DNA of 64,000 nucleotides, from NCBI GenBank assembly GCA_963921275.4, contig OZ001293.3:992001-1056000 (forward strand), in the 5' to 3' direction. The position numbers and the translations under genes were made by a program. Below the pieces are notes generated by a model that had not been told where the DNA came from, did not search any database, and was given only the letters and a program-made list of their open reading frames with translations. The DNA is from an uncultured Hormoscilla sp. (lineage in GTDB: Bacteria; Cyanobacteriota; Cyanobacteriia; Cyanobacteriales; Desertifilaceae). This document shows, in pieces, positions 21,786 to 34,810 of the stretch. Positions within the stretch are counted from its first letter, which is position 1; every line of letters starts with the position of its first letter.

Positions 21786-22074
21786 CTGTCCCATCATTTT
21801 TCAATTTTTCTGACATAAAATACTTTCCTTGTTAGTCGTTACTTGTCCCTTACTGTACAAGTTGCTCTTTATCCGCCTGCATTTACTACTGGTTTTAGTT
21901 CAATCTTACCTAGTCCAATCTTCTGTTATTAGATTGAGGATCTGGACTATTTTATTACCCATATCACTAATATTATATCATTATAGTGCTCTTTTGAATT
22001 ATTTACAAGCCTTGTGTAGGTACTTTCTTTGCCCCGAGCCCAGGGTAAGCGCAAGAATCATGCTTGGGGCATCT

Positions 22075-22665
22075 ATTAGGGGTCGAGCCGGAAGTCACCC
22101 TCCGACCCTCCCGTTCGGAACCTAAAGAGCGACTTTCACCGCTGGGGCTTGTCCTTAGGCATATCGGCACTCGCGACAAATCCCATGCGATTTTGCTCCT
22201 TTACATCTATACCTCATCACCTATAGTGAAGGGTTCATAACATTTTCAGAGTTACTTTCTACCTGAGACTTCCTACTATCACCCACCCTCACCGCACGTC
22301 GGCGTATCCCGGGCATTACTCGGCGTCTTCCGCATGCTCTTGTCCTGAAGGACACGGCTGGCGCCCCCAGCGTAGCGCCATCGGCAGGCTCCAGACACCG
22401 CCCAGGCATTAGCTCCTTGGGGGCAGGCTTGGGCTCCCTCTCGTGGCATACGCTTCACATCTGACTGGTCCAGTTGGACAGCCCACGAGGGGTTACTTCG
22501 TTCCCTGGTCTCCGGAGCGCGATGCCTTTAGGTTCCTACTACATCCCGGTAGTTATTTGAGTACGTTGTTAGCCAGATAATACAACTAACACTAACTACA
22601 GTGACTTTTGTCTCCGGCGCATAAAGCCTATTTCGCCGGTTAATAGTTACGAGGCTCTCATAGGT
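22075..22665 (-). mobile_element. Degenerate ORF-less group II intron, 5'-truncated
   Basis: 3' end ...CTCGACCCCTAAT at 22075, damaged DV, and domain I segments homologous to 36774-37641. Confidence 0.75.
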
Positions 22666-22995
22666 ATTAGGGGTCGAGCTGGGAATCGCTTCGGTACCCT
22701 CCCGTTCGGAACCGGACGTGCGACTTTCATCGCATCCGGCTACTGGGTACCAGGCCCTTGTCATGGGTAGGCTTACTAGGGATTACTCGCCGTTGGCCCT
22801 TACTACTTGCAATTTGGCCCCTTCCCTGGTTGGTGAGTGGCGCTGCCGAGAAACCTTTAGGATCACCATTTACTCGCTCAGGGAGTTATTTATCCCTATG
22901 TCACTAATTGTGCATGGTTTATAACGTGTTAGGGTTACTTTCAACCAGTAGCTTCCTGATATCACCGACCCGCGTCAGCGTATCCATGGGCATTC
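22666..22995 (-). mobile_element. 3' part of a second ORF-less group II intron, abutting or inserted in the first
   Basis: Intact DV/DVI (GTAGCCGGATGCGATGAAAGTCGCACGTCCGGTTC...CTCGACCCCTAAT). Confidence 0.8.
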
Positions 22996-23506
22996 AAGCA
23001 ATGGCTCAATCATTCGCTAAATCCGGGTCAAGAATATATTATCGATAGTTTCCCTGTGCCAGGATGTGACAACATGATCGATGTAAAATTTATACAGAAG
23101 AAGAATATAGAGGATATATCGCCAGCAAAAAACGTTATTTTTATGGATTGAGAGTTGTTAGTCAACAAAACTGGTAAACCAATAGAATTTTATTTTGCTC
23201 CTAGTAGTTGTAATGATGCGAAAAAATTGCTTTGCCATCAAAAGTTTATGGAGACAAAATTTATAACAATTATCAATTAGAATATTTACTAAAAGAGTCA
23301 ATGAATATAATGTTCAAACCTTTGCGTAAAAATAACGCGGGTTCAATATGTACAGAACGTAACTAGAAAACAAGTATAAACATGCTTTAGTCGAATAACT
23401 AATTTGTTTCCTAAGTCCTGCTGTTACATCCAAAGGGTTCGAGTTAAAATTAATTCTCTTTATCATAGCTTTTTGTGTTCAATTTTTATAGGTCGCAACT
23501 TAAGTT
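22996..23506 (+). mobile_element. IS982-family transposase remnant
   Basis: Broken frames reading IIDSFPVPGCDN and YRGYIASKKRYFYGL. AT-rich. Ends near GCAACTTAAGT. Confidence 0.7.
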
Positions 23507-23601
23507 AGTATCACTGGAGTCAAGTGACATCGGCTGCCCATCCGCCAGCAATTAGGACAGATAATCAGCATTAGCGGTTTCGGTGTTGCGGAAAAACTCT
23601 G

Positions 23602-26259
23602 ATGAACTTAAGCATTAGGCATTGGCTGGAAGAACACCAGATTGAACTTGTGCAGCTAGACCACTCAGGAGGTGTTGTCTTCGGCATTGTCCAGGAGATA
23701 GAGCGAAAAAGCCTGACGGTGTTTGACATCAGCGTACTGGCAGAAGTTTTGTCACTGCCTCTCGTAGTCGCCATAACTCAGATGCAGCCGTTATCTCAGC
23801 TGACGGGCTCCTTGCTACGCCAATTGTCTCATAAAAAGCCGCTCAAGAGGAATGAAGGAACCTGGCTTGCCTTTCAAATTGCCTATCTTAATGGCTTGCT
23901 TCAGCTATTAGAGCAAGAAGAATCACTTCACAAACCCTGGATGAACCGGGGTCGGGGGTTGCTCCAGCAACAGCTCGACGATCCGGAGTTGTTAGAATTG
24001 CTCAAAACCATCAGTCCTGGGCGTTTGAGTGACACCCAAACGGAACAGGCCCTATCGGAAATGGGCAACTCAGACCTGGTGTAGCGGCTGTCGCGGACGA
24101 CGAGGGTTTGGTTGGTGGCCAATGGTGCTGAGGAGACGGAAGCGAAACTGCTGACCGGACGGCTCAATCATGGATTGTCCGGTCACTTGCTGACCTGCAT
24201 CGCCCTGCATGCGATCTGACTGCCTCAACTACAAAAATTTGTTCGCCTGGGAAATACTGCTGGCTTGACCGAAACTCTGAGCGCCAGCGATAATTATGAA
24301 TTGTTTGAATCATCACTAGTACACCAAAGCTCTCTCACTCCAACCATCGACCTGAACAGGGAACGCTATCGAGCTAGCTTCAGCATGCGCTTGAGCGAAC
24401 CATTTTTTGAAGAATGCTTTGCCCTGAAAGATTTATACGTCCCTCCTCAGGGCATAGCCAAAGCAACTTTTAGCGATAGCTTGGAGGCTTCTATCCATGA
24501 GGCTGTTGATTTGACGCAGTGGCTGGAGGGACAGCTACAAGATAGAGATAGCTTCGCCGTGATTGAAGCCCCACCAGGTTACGGTAATATTGCCCAAACT
24601 TATTTTGACTTCTTGAAAAGGGGAGGCATGTTTCGCCGCGACCTCGATCAGGTAGAACTCAAGGCAATGGTTCACCAACCTTTGATGCTTTATCTGTTGG
24701 GAATATTACATCGAGATGGTTTGCTCGATGAGGGGATTTTGCAAATGCCCTATCCCCAAGTTAAGTTTGAAATTTATGACCGGCTAGTAACCTGGCTGCT
24801 GGGAGAACCTACGGCTGGGTTATCTACCCCGATTCATCGGACAGCAGTGATCCAAGCTGGTTTGAGCCATGCTGGACGGTCTCGGGAGGCGATCACGAAT
24901 CTGCTCCAAGATACTCCACCCGAGGAGCTGCGTCATCAAATGCAAGTAGCGGCTCTTCAGAGCGGTCACAGTGGGCGGGCCTGGGCTGCCAAAACCGGGC
25001 CACTGCCAGCTTTTTACTTCCGTTCTGTTTCGGTGAACTGGCCAATGGGCTCTAGCTTGGAAGGGCTAAGGGTAGAGTTTTCTCATCCTAACTTGGGAGA
25101 ATATCTCTGTGCCGAGCAAATTGCTGCGAAACTCAAATCCCTCACCTCAACCACACGGGATGCCTATGGGGAACTCACCTTTGAGATCTCCTCTGCGGCT
25201 GTATTTGCCCAACAGATATACGACTTACTCGGCTATGGTCTATTGTCCATAGAAATAGAAGAACTGGTAGCAGAGCGTCTGTGGCGGGAGGAAGCGCGCG
25301 ATCGAGGCAAGTTCCGTTTCCGGACCCTGTTTACACGCCTCCACAGTTTCTATAGATCTTACTGTCGCGGTCGGTGGATGGATGAAGGGATGGCCCACTC
25401 GGCTCGCGATCGCTTCGGTGAGCTTGGCAACCCTTTCAACGCCCTCCAAATCGATGCCGCTGTGGGACTGAACGTGTTTGTATTGCTTTGCGCCTGTGGT
25501 CGGGAAGCCCAGATTCCCTTCTCTCCCTGCGGCAATTCCATCAGTTCGGACAAACCGACAATTGGCCAGCTTAAAGTCAGCAATGCTGATGTGGCGATGG
25601 ATTTTAATCCCAGCTAGCTTTTGGTTCTGGCCCGCAGGACAGCCGTGCTTTCTCCCACTATTTTTTGGGCTAGAGTGCGACATACTCTTAAGAATCTTAA
25701 TCTGCGCGGTGCTTACTTGAATCGAGCCATGCTAGCTGGAGGCAGTCTCCAGCAATCAGATTTGGAGGCGGCAGTGTTAATTGAGGCTAATTTGGCCGAA
25801 GCTAACCTTAAAGCTACCAATTTGTCTTGGGCAAATCTGACGGGGGTGAATCTATCGGGTGCCAATTTATCGAGCACTAATCTGGAAGGGGCTAATCTCA
25901 CTGGTGCCAATCTTCACCGCACTAATATCACTTCTACTAATCTGACGAATGCTTGTCTGTTTCAAGCTCAAATGGATGAGAAAACTAAGAATATCGCCAA
26001 AACTAAAGGTGCTTTCTTTTCTGGTTCTCAAGCGATCGGGTCTCAAAGCCTCAAAGATTTGTCCCGCACGCCGACTTTCAACCACTCTCACGAACAAGAG
26101 ACCTCCGTCCTCCCCATTGAAATGGCGGAAGATGAACCTGTTGTCTATACCACCAATGCGATTCGGACCGCATCAACTTCCACTACTCAGGTTCGCGACC
26201 TTAAGGGAGATATTGACACCGTTGTCCTCAACCAAAACTCTGGTATGGATAATAGTTAA
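23602..26259 (+). pseudogene. Large pentapeptide-repeat protein with an NTPase-like central region, interrupted by stops near 24082, 24217 and 25615
   Basis: Same-frame ORF pieces 23602-24084, 24265-25617 and 25621-26259. LKDLYVP and IEAPPGYG motifs, then A(N/D)Lxx repeats. Confidence 0.8.
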
Positions 26260-26327
26260 TAGCTAATTGCTAATTGCTAACGGACAATTGCGAATTATAT
26301 GAATAAATAATCAACAATTCTCAATTT

Positions 26328-26816
26328 TCAATTCTCCATTGATCGGTAACCGTAGAAGTCAATGCGATAGTCAGTGATTTTGACTCCTGTTTGTTGTTCA
26401 ATTTTCTCGAGCAACTCTTGGGGCAGTTCCACGTGAATGTCCAAAATATGATTGGTATCTAAACAGTTGATGTGGCTGTGGGATTCACTGATGTTGCCGT
26501 ATAGTCTTCCCTCTGAGCGTTCCACACATTCTATTATCCCTTGAGCAGATAGGGCCTCTAGATTTTGATAGACTGAGATATGAGCGATCGCTTTCCCGGA
26601 CTGGTTCAAACTGTCATATATATCCCCTGCTGACATATGTGCTTGTCTTTCCCAGAGTAATTCTAAAATAAACAGCCGCTGACGAGACAGGCGCATGCCT
26701 AATTCCTGACAACGGTTCAATGATATTCTAGGGAGCGAATGGGTTTGGCATCTACCGTTTGCTTTTGCATAATTAGTAACTTTCACCCAACTGAACGAAT
26801 AATGCCAAGAATTCAA
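26328..26816 (-). CDS. Fur/PerR-family transcriptional regulator
   Basis: GMRLSRQR..ILELL...HMSA.DIY...SVYQNL...HSHINC. Start uncertain. Confidence 0.85.
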   Translation of the reverse strand: MNSWHYSFSWVKVTNYAKANGRCQTHSLPRISLNRCQELGMRLSRQRLFILELLWERQAHMSAGDIYDSLNQSGKAIAHISVYQNLEALSAQGIIECVERSEGRLYGNISESHSHINCLDTNHILDIHVELPQELLEKIEQQTGVKITDYRIDFYGYRSMEN

Positions 26817-26843
26817 AATTGAAAATTATGAATAAAAAATTAA

Positions 26844-28218
26844 GGCTCTTCGGTACCTAGTTTGCTAAACTATCAAATAAATCCTCATAAAATTAAACCA
26901 CAATTGTTATCCTTGAAGAGTAAACATATTGCTGTACTTGACTTGTAGCGGTTTTTATCCTTTACTGAACTTGAGGACAAATTGAAAATTGAGGTGAAAT
27001 CATCATGGCTTCAAAAGGACAACTCAAACTACTAACCGATTTTCTTAACATCCCAGATTTTAAAGTTACTCATTTCATACAGGATCCATCTCTAGGAATA
27101 ATCCTCTCCGTAGCTAGTTTAAATTCTGAAGTAGCTTGTCCTCACTGCGCTCAAATGAGTCATAAACTTCACCAAAATCATTCAGATCTCATTAAAGACT
27201 TACCTATGAATCGTCAAAATGTTTATTTACAGGTAAATAAACGACAAATGAAATGTGAAAATTGTTTAAAAACTTTTAGTGAGCCTTTGGATTTTTGCGA
27301 ATCAAAACGCAACTATACTAAAAGACTTGCCTCAGATATATTGAGTCAGGTAAAACATAGTAATATTAAAAGTGTTGCCGAAAGGACAGGGGTAAGTGAG
27401 TCATAAATTGAAACTATGTTAAAGGATTTAAAAAAACTTTGGTAGGTCAAAAACCTCAAGAGTTAAAAAGATATTAATGAAATTAGTTTAATAAAAGGAC
27501 AAGGTAATTATTGTGCGGTATTAGTAGATTTGGACAATAGTCAACTTCTAGCTTTAGTCCCTGATAGAACTCAAGAAGCTATTGAGGCTGATGGATGGGG
27601 GTATAGAGGTTTTGGAAGCTATAGAAGAAGTTAGCATTGATTTGTCCTTATAAAAGTCTGGTAGAAAAATTAATGCCCAATGCTGATGTGGTAGCTGATA
27701 GATTTCATGTAATGAGCCAGGTTCAAGAAGAACTAGACAATGGTCGTAAACAAGCAAAAAACGAGGTAAAAAAAATGGATGAATCCGATCAAAAAACTGC
27801 CAAACTAAATGCAATTAATCACAGTAAATATGTGCTACTTGCTAACGCAGTTAAACGAAGTTAAAAAAAGTCAATTATAAGAAATCAATAAAGAATTTTA
27901 TAAACTTCAAAAAATGAATTAAAAGAAAAAATTTTTGATGAAAATATTAATTTTTTAGATGCTTTATTAAATTTAGCGGTTGAAAAAATCAGCAGAACTT
28001 TTTCCCAAAAGTCAAGGTACAATTCGTCGCTGGTTAGTAGAGATAACAGCATATTTTGAACGGAGAACAACTAATCGTATAGTAGAGGGAATCAACCAAA
28101 AAATTAAGTTAGTCAAACGGAGCGGATTTGGTTTTCGTAACCTAGACAATTTTGAGCTAAGATGTTTGTTATCTTTTTAAGATTAGCAATAGTTTAGCAA
28201 ACCAAGTACCGAAGAGCC
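26844..28218 (+). mobile_element. ISL3-family element, transposase pseudogene
   Basis: TIRs GGCTCTTCGGTAC/GTACCGAAGAGCC, 8-bp TSD AAAATTAA, CPHC zinc finger, ADRFHV and EGINQKIKLVKR motifs. Confidence 0.92.
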
Positions 28219-28631
28219 AAAATTAAAAATAAAGTTCAGTATTATTTTGGGCTATTTTGAACTTTTAATTTTGAACTTTTAATTTTTATTCAGCCCCTAT
28301 CATCCCTTCCTTGTGCAACTCCCAATGCTTATTCCCTTCCCAGGCTAAAGCGGACTCATTACCACTTCACCGCCGATTTTCAGAATCTGTCTGTACCCCA
28401 GCGACAACAGAACTTATGCAAATTCAACCGTTGTCAATTACCGATAGCGTCTGGTGGGCGGTGCCCATCCTACATTTATTGCCTGCAAGTAAAATTAGCT
28501 CAAACCCTTTATCTGTAAGGATTTTGGGCATACTGTCAACCTCCTACTAACAGCCTCCTACTATAGTGTTGTCAAACAGCCATTGTGCTATTATGTAGCA
28601 TAATACCTAGATATTGTCAATAAATAAATTA

Positions 28632-29117
28632 ATGGCAATCAAAATTACGCTTCCGGCTGAGTGGATCGATAAATTGCAGATATCACCGGTGCAAAAGGTG
28701 ATAGAGCAGCTGCTAGCAGAAGGGGCTCACGCCTCCTCGGAACAGCAGCTGAGCTTCCAAATCGATTATCCCCGTTCTCCAGAAGACCCACGGGAACTCT
28801 CGGAAATTCCCGAAGTGCGCCTCTGGTTTATTCGCCTAGATACAGTTTATCCTTGGTTGCCGTTTCTGCTAGATTGGAGAGCTGGGGAACTGGCCCGTTA
28901 CGCGGCCATGCTGGTACCCCACGAGTTTCATCGCACCGAAGGCATCCAGTATAACCCAGAAGCCCTGGAAATCTTTGTGATGGTGAAAATTTTCGTTTTA
29001 AGGGATTGGATGGCACAGCAGGGCATTGAGGGCCAATCCCGGCTGAAGTCGATGGCGCAGATGTTCGGCTATGAACTGGATGATGGCTTCTTTGAGCTGA
29101 TAGCCGCTCAATCCTAG
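28632..29117 (+). CDS. crr6: CRR6-family NdhI maturation factor (DUF1817)
   Basis: DPRELSEIPEVRLWFIRLD..YPWLP..LDW..GELARYAAMLVPH.F motif. Confidence 0.88.
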   Translation: MAIKITLPAEWIDKLQISPVQKVIEQLLAEGAHASSEQQLSFQIDYPRSPEDPRELSEIPEVRLWFIRLDTVYPWLPFLLDWRAGELARYAAMLVPHEFHRTEGIQYNPEALEIFVMVKIFVLRDWMAQQGIEGQSRLKSMAQMFGYELDDGFFELIAAQS

Positions 29118-29689
29118 GATGCTCTGCGATCGAGCACCTGGTTGACAACTAGAAAGCAAAAAATCTTAAATTAGATGTAGACCTGGGGTGCATGTACTAT
29201 CCTAGAAAATGAGCAATTATTAGCGAGTACGAACAGAAATAGACAAAACGTTAATATATAAAATTATTGCCACTCTGATGGCTATGTAACCGGATACATA
29301 AGTGGCAATAATTGTGGTATAATTCGCAGAACGAAAGGCCTCTTCGGACTTGGAGTCTTGCTGGACAGATGAAGAAACAGTCAATAAAATAAACGGGGCA
29401 CAAAAATTATTTTTGTCATGGCAAAGCCAGAATGAAGGCGCGATTGAGAAGATGGCAGAAAGCATGGAGCAATATTTCAATGGCTAAAGTAGCAGGTTGA
29501 TCTGGCTTCTTCAGACCTGAGTCAGATGCCAAATGCGAGGCCTTGTATAAGATCATTACAGCAGCCTAGCGTGCCCGAAGATCGAAAAGGTTCGATGACT
29601 CTATATGGTAACGGGGCTATATGCTCAGAAAAGGCGATCGGGCATCTCCCGATGTTATAATCAGAGACAACCATTATCAGTGAGTAGAT

Positions 29690-31641
29690 ATGACGAGCAG
29701 CACCTTAAACATGCAGATAGGCCAACTCAAACAGCTTCAGGAAATCTATACCTTTAAGGATAGAGAACCAGGAGAGGTATTACAGTTCATTGAGAAGTAC
29801 CCCTTTCCGATCCCCCTGTTACTAGAAGCACCAGACAAGGTTCGCGCATTCTTTCCCGACGCTTCACTGATGCTCAAGGTTAATATCTATCCAGAGAGTT
29901 ATTCCGAAGAGAGTAACGAATTGCTACTCCTGATCAAGTCTGATATTGACCCAGAAGAGTCGGTTGACATCCTGGAAGAATTAGATTATGCTTGGGGGCT
30001 GGATGTCAGGGTAATTACATTTTGATTGTGTGTTGTAATAATTGTCTTGTGGCTAAAAATTGAAATATAAATCTTAACTTTATGCCGAGCAAATTTTGAG
30101 GTAAATAACTGTTTTGTTCTCGCCCTACAGCTATGAATGTATTCCTGTAAAACCAGTCCCGTCGTCAGAATTTATATTCCGTTGTATTACCTCCTAAAAT
30201 CTAGTCTCTCTAGTCGCTGCTGTGACTTCTGAAAATCTTATTTCGGTATGTTGTCCTCGAGAATTTTCAGCATAAAGGAATTATCCATAGCTGCAATATG
30301 AGCGCTTCATATTTAGACTCCCCCCAGAGGGTTCTTGTTTGAGGAGATTAACTCCGTTCGCGACGTAGCCAACCGATATTTTCACTACTCTTGTCCGCAA
30401 GGTATCCGACTCCCATCAACGTGTTACGTCACGTCTAAAACCCAATTGCTTTGAATTTTCAATACTCCCATGAGAAGGAATAACCTGATTATGGCGCTGT
30501 CGGCATCCAGGCTACTAATGTAGAACCTCACCTCAGTAGTGGTCTTATTCCATAGTTGCCCCTGGCTCCAAACCATCACTACGGTAGTTAAGCCCGCCCA
30601 CTGCTCTTGGCGATGTAACAGAGGCAGTTGACTGACCGGCACTGCCCGGCGCGAATCTCTCGGCATCGGGCGATGATGTCCCTTATTCACTGTCTCGTGA
30701 TAACTGTAGTCAAGACCCAGCCAATGCAAGAGATTGGGCTTGCTCAAAGCAATTCTGGACTTGCTGATAGAGTAACCCCTGGTTTCCTTTAAGAGCTCCC
30801 ACATAGTATCGGACCGCCTCGTGAATCTGCTGCACAATCTCGAGAGAGTGTACCCATGGCATCAAAGGTGACCACCGCTTTTAAATTGTTGAGTAACTTC
30901 TACAATTTGGGCACTGCTTTGATTTCATTGGACTTGCTGTCCACTTTCTTTTGTCCCAACATCAACCCATGTTCGCTGCAAAGGGCACAGACGCGCTTGT
31001 TGAGCTTTAAGTCCTTGCTCTCGGTCATAAGAATCTCGGCTTGTCTTGCCATCTATATGAATCAGTTTCACATTCATTTTCTGAGTGATGCAACTTACCC
31101 AACGAGGGAAAACAAGGCGTGAAGTTCCTCTTGGTCTAGCAAGGCAAACACCGGACCAAAGGTATGGTGAGATGGAATCGGTGTGGGTCAAGTCCAAAAA
31201 CTTCTCCAGCCAGGCTCGCGCCCCCTTGACCATAGGTCTCGATGGCTACAAAAGTATCGGCTCCCGCCAGGATGGCCAGAATTGCGATGGTAATGATACT
31301 GGTTAGACTATGGTCCCTTCGACGACCCGTTCTCGGATCGGTGATTTGCTGAAAATGTTTAAGAACACATAAGATTGAGAATGGGGACTTCCCGCTGTTG
31401 TTGAGGGGTCAGTATGGGTTGACCAAAACATAAAGCTATAATAGCTGGGGGTAACTATAGCAGGACTACTTCCTAGGATAGCTCCTCGACCTGTGGTGTA
31501 GCATCATCTGGAGCTGAGCCAGTCTTATAGGCATACATCTTGTTATTTGTCAAGGACAATTTATACAAAACAAAATGCGATTACCCTGGGCTGGATGTCT
31601 CAAGTCGTTCACAGAGAAGGATGTTTATCGATCTACAGTAA
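29690..31641 (+). pseudogene. Small antitoxin-like protein upstream of a HEPN gene, split by ISAs1
   Basis: Reads ...AWGLDV|SSRSQRRMFIDLQ* once the IS and one TSD copy are removed. TAA overlaps the HEPN ATG. Confidence 0.7.
30007..31588 (-). mobile_element. ISAs1-family element, degraded transposase
   Basis: TIRs CAGGGTAATTACATTTT/AAAATGCGATTACCCTG, 10-bp TSD GGCTGGATGT, IHIDGKTSR and EVRFYISSL...WVLDVT motifs. Confidence 0.9.
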
Positions 31642-33408
31642 TGAGTTTTAACTGGTCAGAATATCTCGGGTTGGCTCAACAATTGGCAGGAAAGGCTCCG
31701 ATTTCTGCTACTAGAGAATCTCGATTGCGTTCCGCTATTATTCGAGGCTACTATGCTGCTTTTATTCAAGCACGGAATTATGGCTCTTCTCAATCTAGTA
31801 TGCGGGCATTGATGCTAAAAGCACCAGCAAAGTAGACTACGCAATCGGAAATTATCCAGATTTCTAAACCCATATCCCTTACGCTTAATTAACTTGAGAC
31901 CGTTATTTATTCCTGACACAGTTCCTTGAGTCGTCCCCGATTCAAAATAACCTACAACTTCTCAGCAACCTAGAATAATTGTCCTCACACGGGAAAATAC
32001 TCTTTTGCCTCTAGGAGACAATCGATCAAAAGTAAGGTAGGATTTGCCGACTTTTCATATCTCTCGTAAATATCGCGTAGCTGTTCCTTGAGGCGGTGCA
32101 TTTTACCTAGCTCGGGGATCTGACGAGTGAATTTATTTAATCTTAATTTCCTGTTCGTCGTTGAAATATTTCTCATTTTTAAGCAATATATATTTACTTT
32201 GGTTTACCATCGATATTTTGGCCTTGGGACTTGGATTTTTTTGCTTCATTTTTACACTTCTTTCGACAATTGTCTAGTTCTTCATTCACCTGTTTAAACA
32301 CATGAAAACGAGGGGCTATAACTTCAGCATTCGGCATCAACTCTTTTACTAAACTTTTATAGGGTTTCCACAGGTCGCTTGCTCACTTCTTCTAGACCAT
32401 TTAAAACCTCATCACCCCATAATAGCAAGACTTCTCGTAAATCTTCTTGTCGCCGAGACGGGACTATTTCCATAAGTTTGCTATTAGAAATGTCACTGCA
32501 TACTGCTACATAATTTCCTTGCCCTTTTACCAGCGCAATTTCATCGATACCTAGCTTTCTTAGTTCAGTTGACGGCGGTTCAATTTTCAGATTTCCTACA
32601 TCTGACAGCATTTGTCGCGTTCAGATTCTTTTAAGTCATACCTTGTCGCTACCCAAACGAATATCCCTATTTAATACTTCTCGAACCACTTGTTCTTTCA
32701 GTCTATTTGTATATTGGCGCCGCTCTGCTACATATTCTAATTTTTCACCCTTCGGGCTTTGAGCAGCAATCGCACTTGTCGGCGATTTATTTTGAGAAAA
32801 ACTTTTTTTTCATTCCAGGGCAAATCCTTAATTAAATAAGTATGATTTTGATGCAATCGCCGAGGATGACATATAGGACAAATTGCTTCTTGTTTTTCGG
32901 CCTCAATCGTCATAATTTATTCTGTTAAATGAGGCCGATAACTTTCACCCCGGGAATGTTTAACAAGGTTGTTAGTATTTTATTATTCGAGCGTGCCATA
33001 AAATAAATTCCCCCTGTTTTTTCTAGAGAGCGCCAATATTTTCTACCATAACTAGACGATTAAAGTCAAACCTGATAAGGTTTTCCGGTTTTCGATCCCG
33101 GACGTTGAGCCGACGTTGATGCACCCATTCAATACCTATTTTAGCATACTAGATTGAGAAGAGCCGGAATTATTTACGAGACCACGATGGTCTTGCTATC
33201 CCAACTCGGAACACTCATGAATACGTCATCAATCAATTTCTGAATAGTCCCGATCTCGATCGTCAAGAGATAGGAAGCAGCTGGAAGCGTCTGAGGATTG
33301 GTCGCAATCAAGCGGATTATGATGATGCATTTGCTGATTTACCGATTGTAACTAAGAGGTACTTAAAGCTAGGATCCAAAATAATTGCTAAGTTGCAGAG
33401 TATTTGAG
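31641..33408 (+). pseudogene. HEPN-domain protein split by ISL3
   Basis: MSFNWSEYL.LA...RSAI.RGYYAAF..ARNY|LRD...H..VI...RNQADY. Confidence 0.8.
31782..33165 (-). mobile_element. ISL3-family element, transposase pseudogene
   Basis: TIRs GGCTCTTCTCAATCTAGTATGC/GCATACTAGATTGAGAAGAGCC, 8-bp TSD GGAATTAT, LGIDEIALVKGQGNY motif. Confidence 0.92.
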
Positions 33409-33429
33409 CAGGTAGAGCAATGCTAATGC

Positions 33430-33675
33430 TCATCGCCAATCATTTACTTCTAGACTTTTCACGTCTTCTATGAGTTCAACGATGTCGTAGTGGAGAGTAA
33501 TTTTACGGCTAGCGAGTAACCTTTGAAATTGAAGTTGATTCATGCGGGCAAACCGACTCGCTTGTCCTAGGGTAAACCGCTCTTGTTGAAATAGCATGAC
33601 GGCAATTTCGGTCAGTAATTGGGCTTCAGACAGCTGAATTTTATGTAATACTTCATCGTCAATGACAACGCTCAT
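33430..33675 (-). CDS. UPF0175-family antitoxin-like protein
   Basis: EIAVMLFQQERFTLGQASRFA.M....FQ.LLASR.I.LHYD. Confidence 0.85.
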   Translation of the reverse strand: MSVVIDDEVLHKIQLSEAQLLTEIAVMLFQQERFTLGQASRFARMNQLQFQRLLASRKITLHYDIVELIEDVKSLEVNDWR

Positions 33676-33780
33676 GGTTTTCTTCTCTCATCTAGGACTG
33701 TTGTGAAAATTGTGAATGGTTAATTGAAAATTATTTGCGATTGGCTTCACAATTGACAATTAACCATTTACCATTAGCAA

Positions 33781-34740
33781 TTAACCACCTAGGATTTTCT
33801 CCAGGACGGTTTCCGGTGAGATGTCTGCCATCTTGCCCGTGGGGGATTTGATGCCTATATATTTCTCAGAGTTGGGTAACAGTTTTTCTGGGTCCGTCGG
33901 ACCAAAGAGGGCAATGGTGGGAGTTTTGACCCCTACCGCTAGATGCATGGGGGCACTGTCGGTACAGAGCATGAGGTCGGCACTGGCAATTATTGCCGCT
34001 AGTTTACCCACATCTCCTGGTGAGGTAACTTTCAAATTGGGCACTGACTGCAACAGAGAACTTACCCATTCGGCATCTTCTGGTCCTTGGAGTACCACTA
34101 TGGGTAAGTCTGGTTGCTGCTGTTGCAGGTTCTGAATAATCTGTTGCCAGTTCTTTACGGGGTAGATTTTGTCAATGCCTTTAGCTTGCGCTAGTTCGCT
34201 GGAACCGCCGTGGATCAGTAGGTAGCCGCTTTCGGCAATCTCTAGTCTCCTCTGCTGAGCTTCTGCCCATTCTAGATCTTTTTGGGGCAGGCTAATGGTT
34301 AGTTCTTGACAGGGCTGATTTATACTTAGACCTTGCAGCAGGTCGTGGTACATACTAGCTGCATACTGCTCGGTCTTCAGGGGGACTGGGTTGGTGAGAA
34401 ACAGGGAACCGGGACCGCTATAGCCAACCCGGGTGGGAATGCCGGTCAGCCAGAGCAGTAGTCCTACGGCCCAGCGCTGTCCTAGGGATAGGGCCACTTC
34501 ATACTCCTGATCGCGGATTACACCCAGCAAGTTGCCCCAGTCGGCGGCAGAGTTGCGGTCTTTGAAGTCAAAGGGGATGACTTCGTTGACTGACTTGCAG
34601 ACTCGATAGGCTCCTTTGGCGCGGGGTTCGACAATCACGTCGATCATTGCGCTTGGGTAAGACTGTTTGAGATCCTCCAGGGTGGGGAAGAATAGAATTT
34701 GGTCGCCAATTCCGCCAGGGACAAGAGCTACTACTCTCAT
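33781..34740 (-). CDS. Glycosyltransferase family 9 (LPS heptosyltransferase-like)
   Basis: GGIGDQILFFP...DSAPMHLA...IALFGPT. Confidence 0.92.
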   Translation of the reverse strand: MRVVALVPGGIGDQILFFPTLEDLKQSYPSAMIDVIVEPRAKGAYRVCKSVNEVIPFDFKDRNSAADWGNLLGVIRDQEYEVALSLGQRWAVGLLLWLTGIPTRVGYSGPGSLFLTNPVPLKTEQYAASMYHDLLQGLSINQPCQELTISLPQKDLEWAEAQQRRLEIAESGYLLIHGGSSELAQAKGIDKIYPVKNWQQIIQNLQQQQPDLPIVVLQGPEDAEWVSSLLQSVPNLKVTSPGDVGKLAAIIASADLMLCTDSAPMHLAVGVKTPTIALFGPTDPEKLLPNSEKYIGIKSPTGKMADISPETVLEKILGG

Positions 34741-34810
34741 GATGTTCTCCCTAATTTACCAACCATTCATTTTACTGCCTAATTCCCATAAGTTAATGGA
34801 AGGTGATGTG

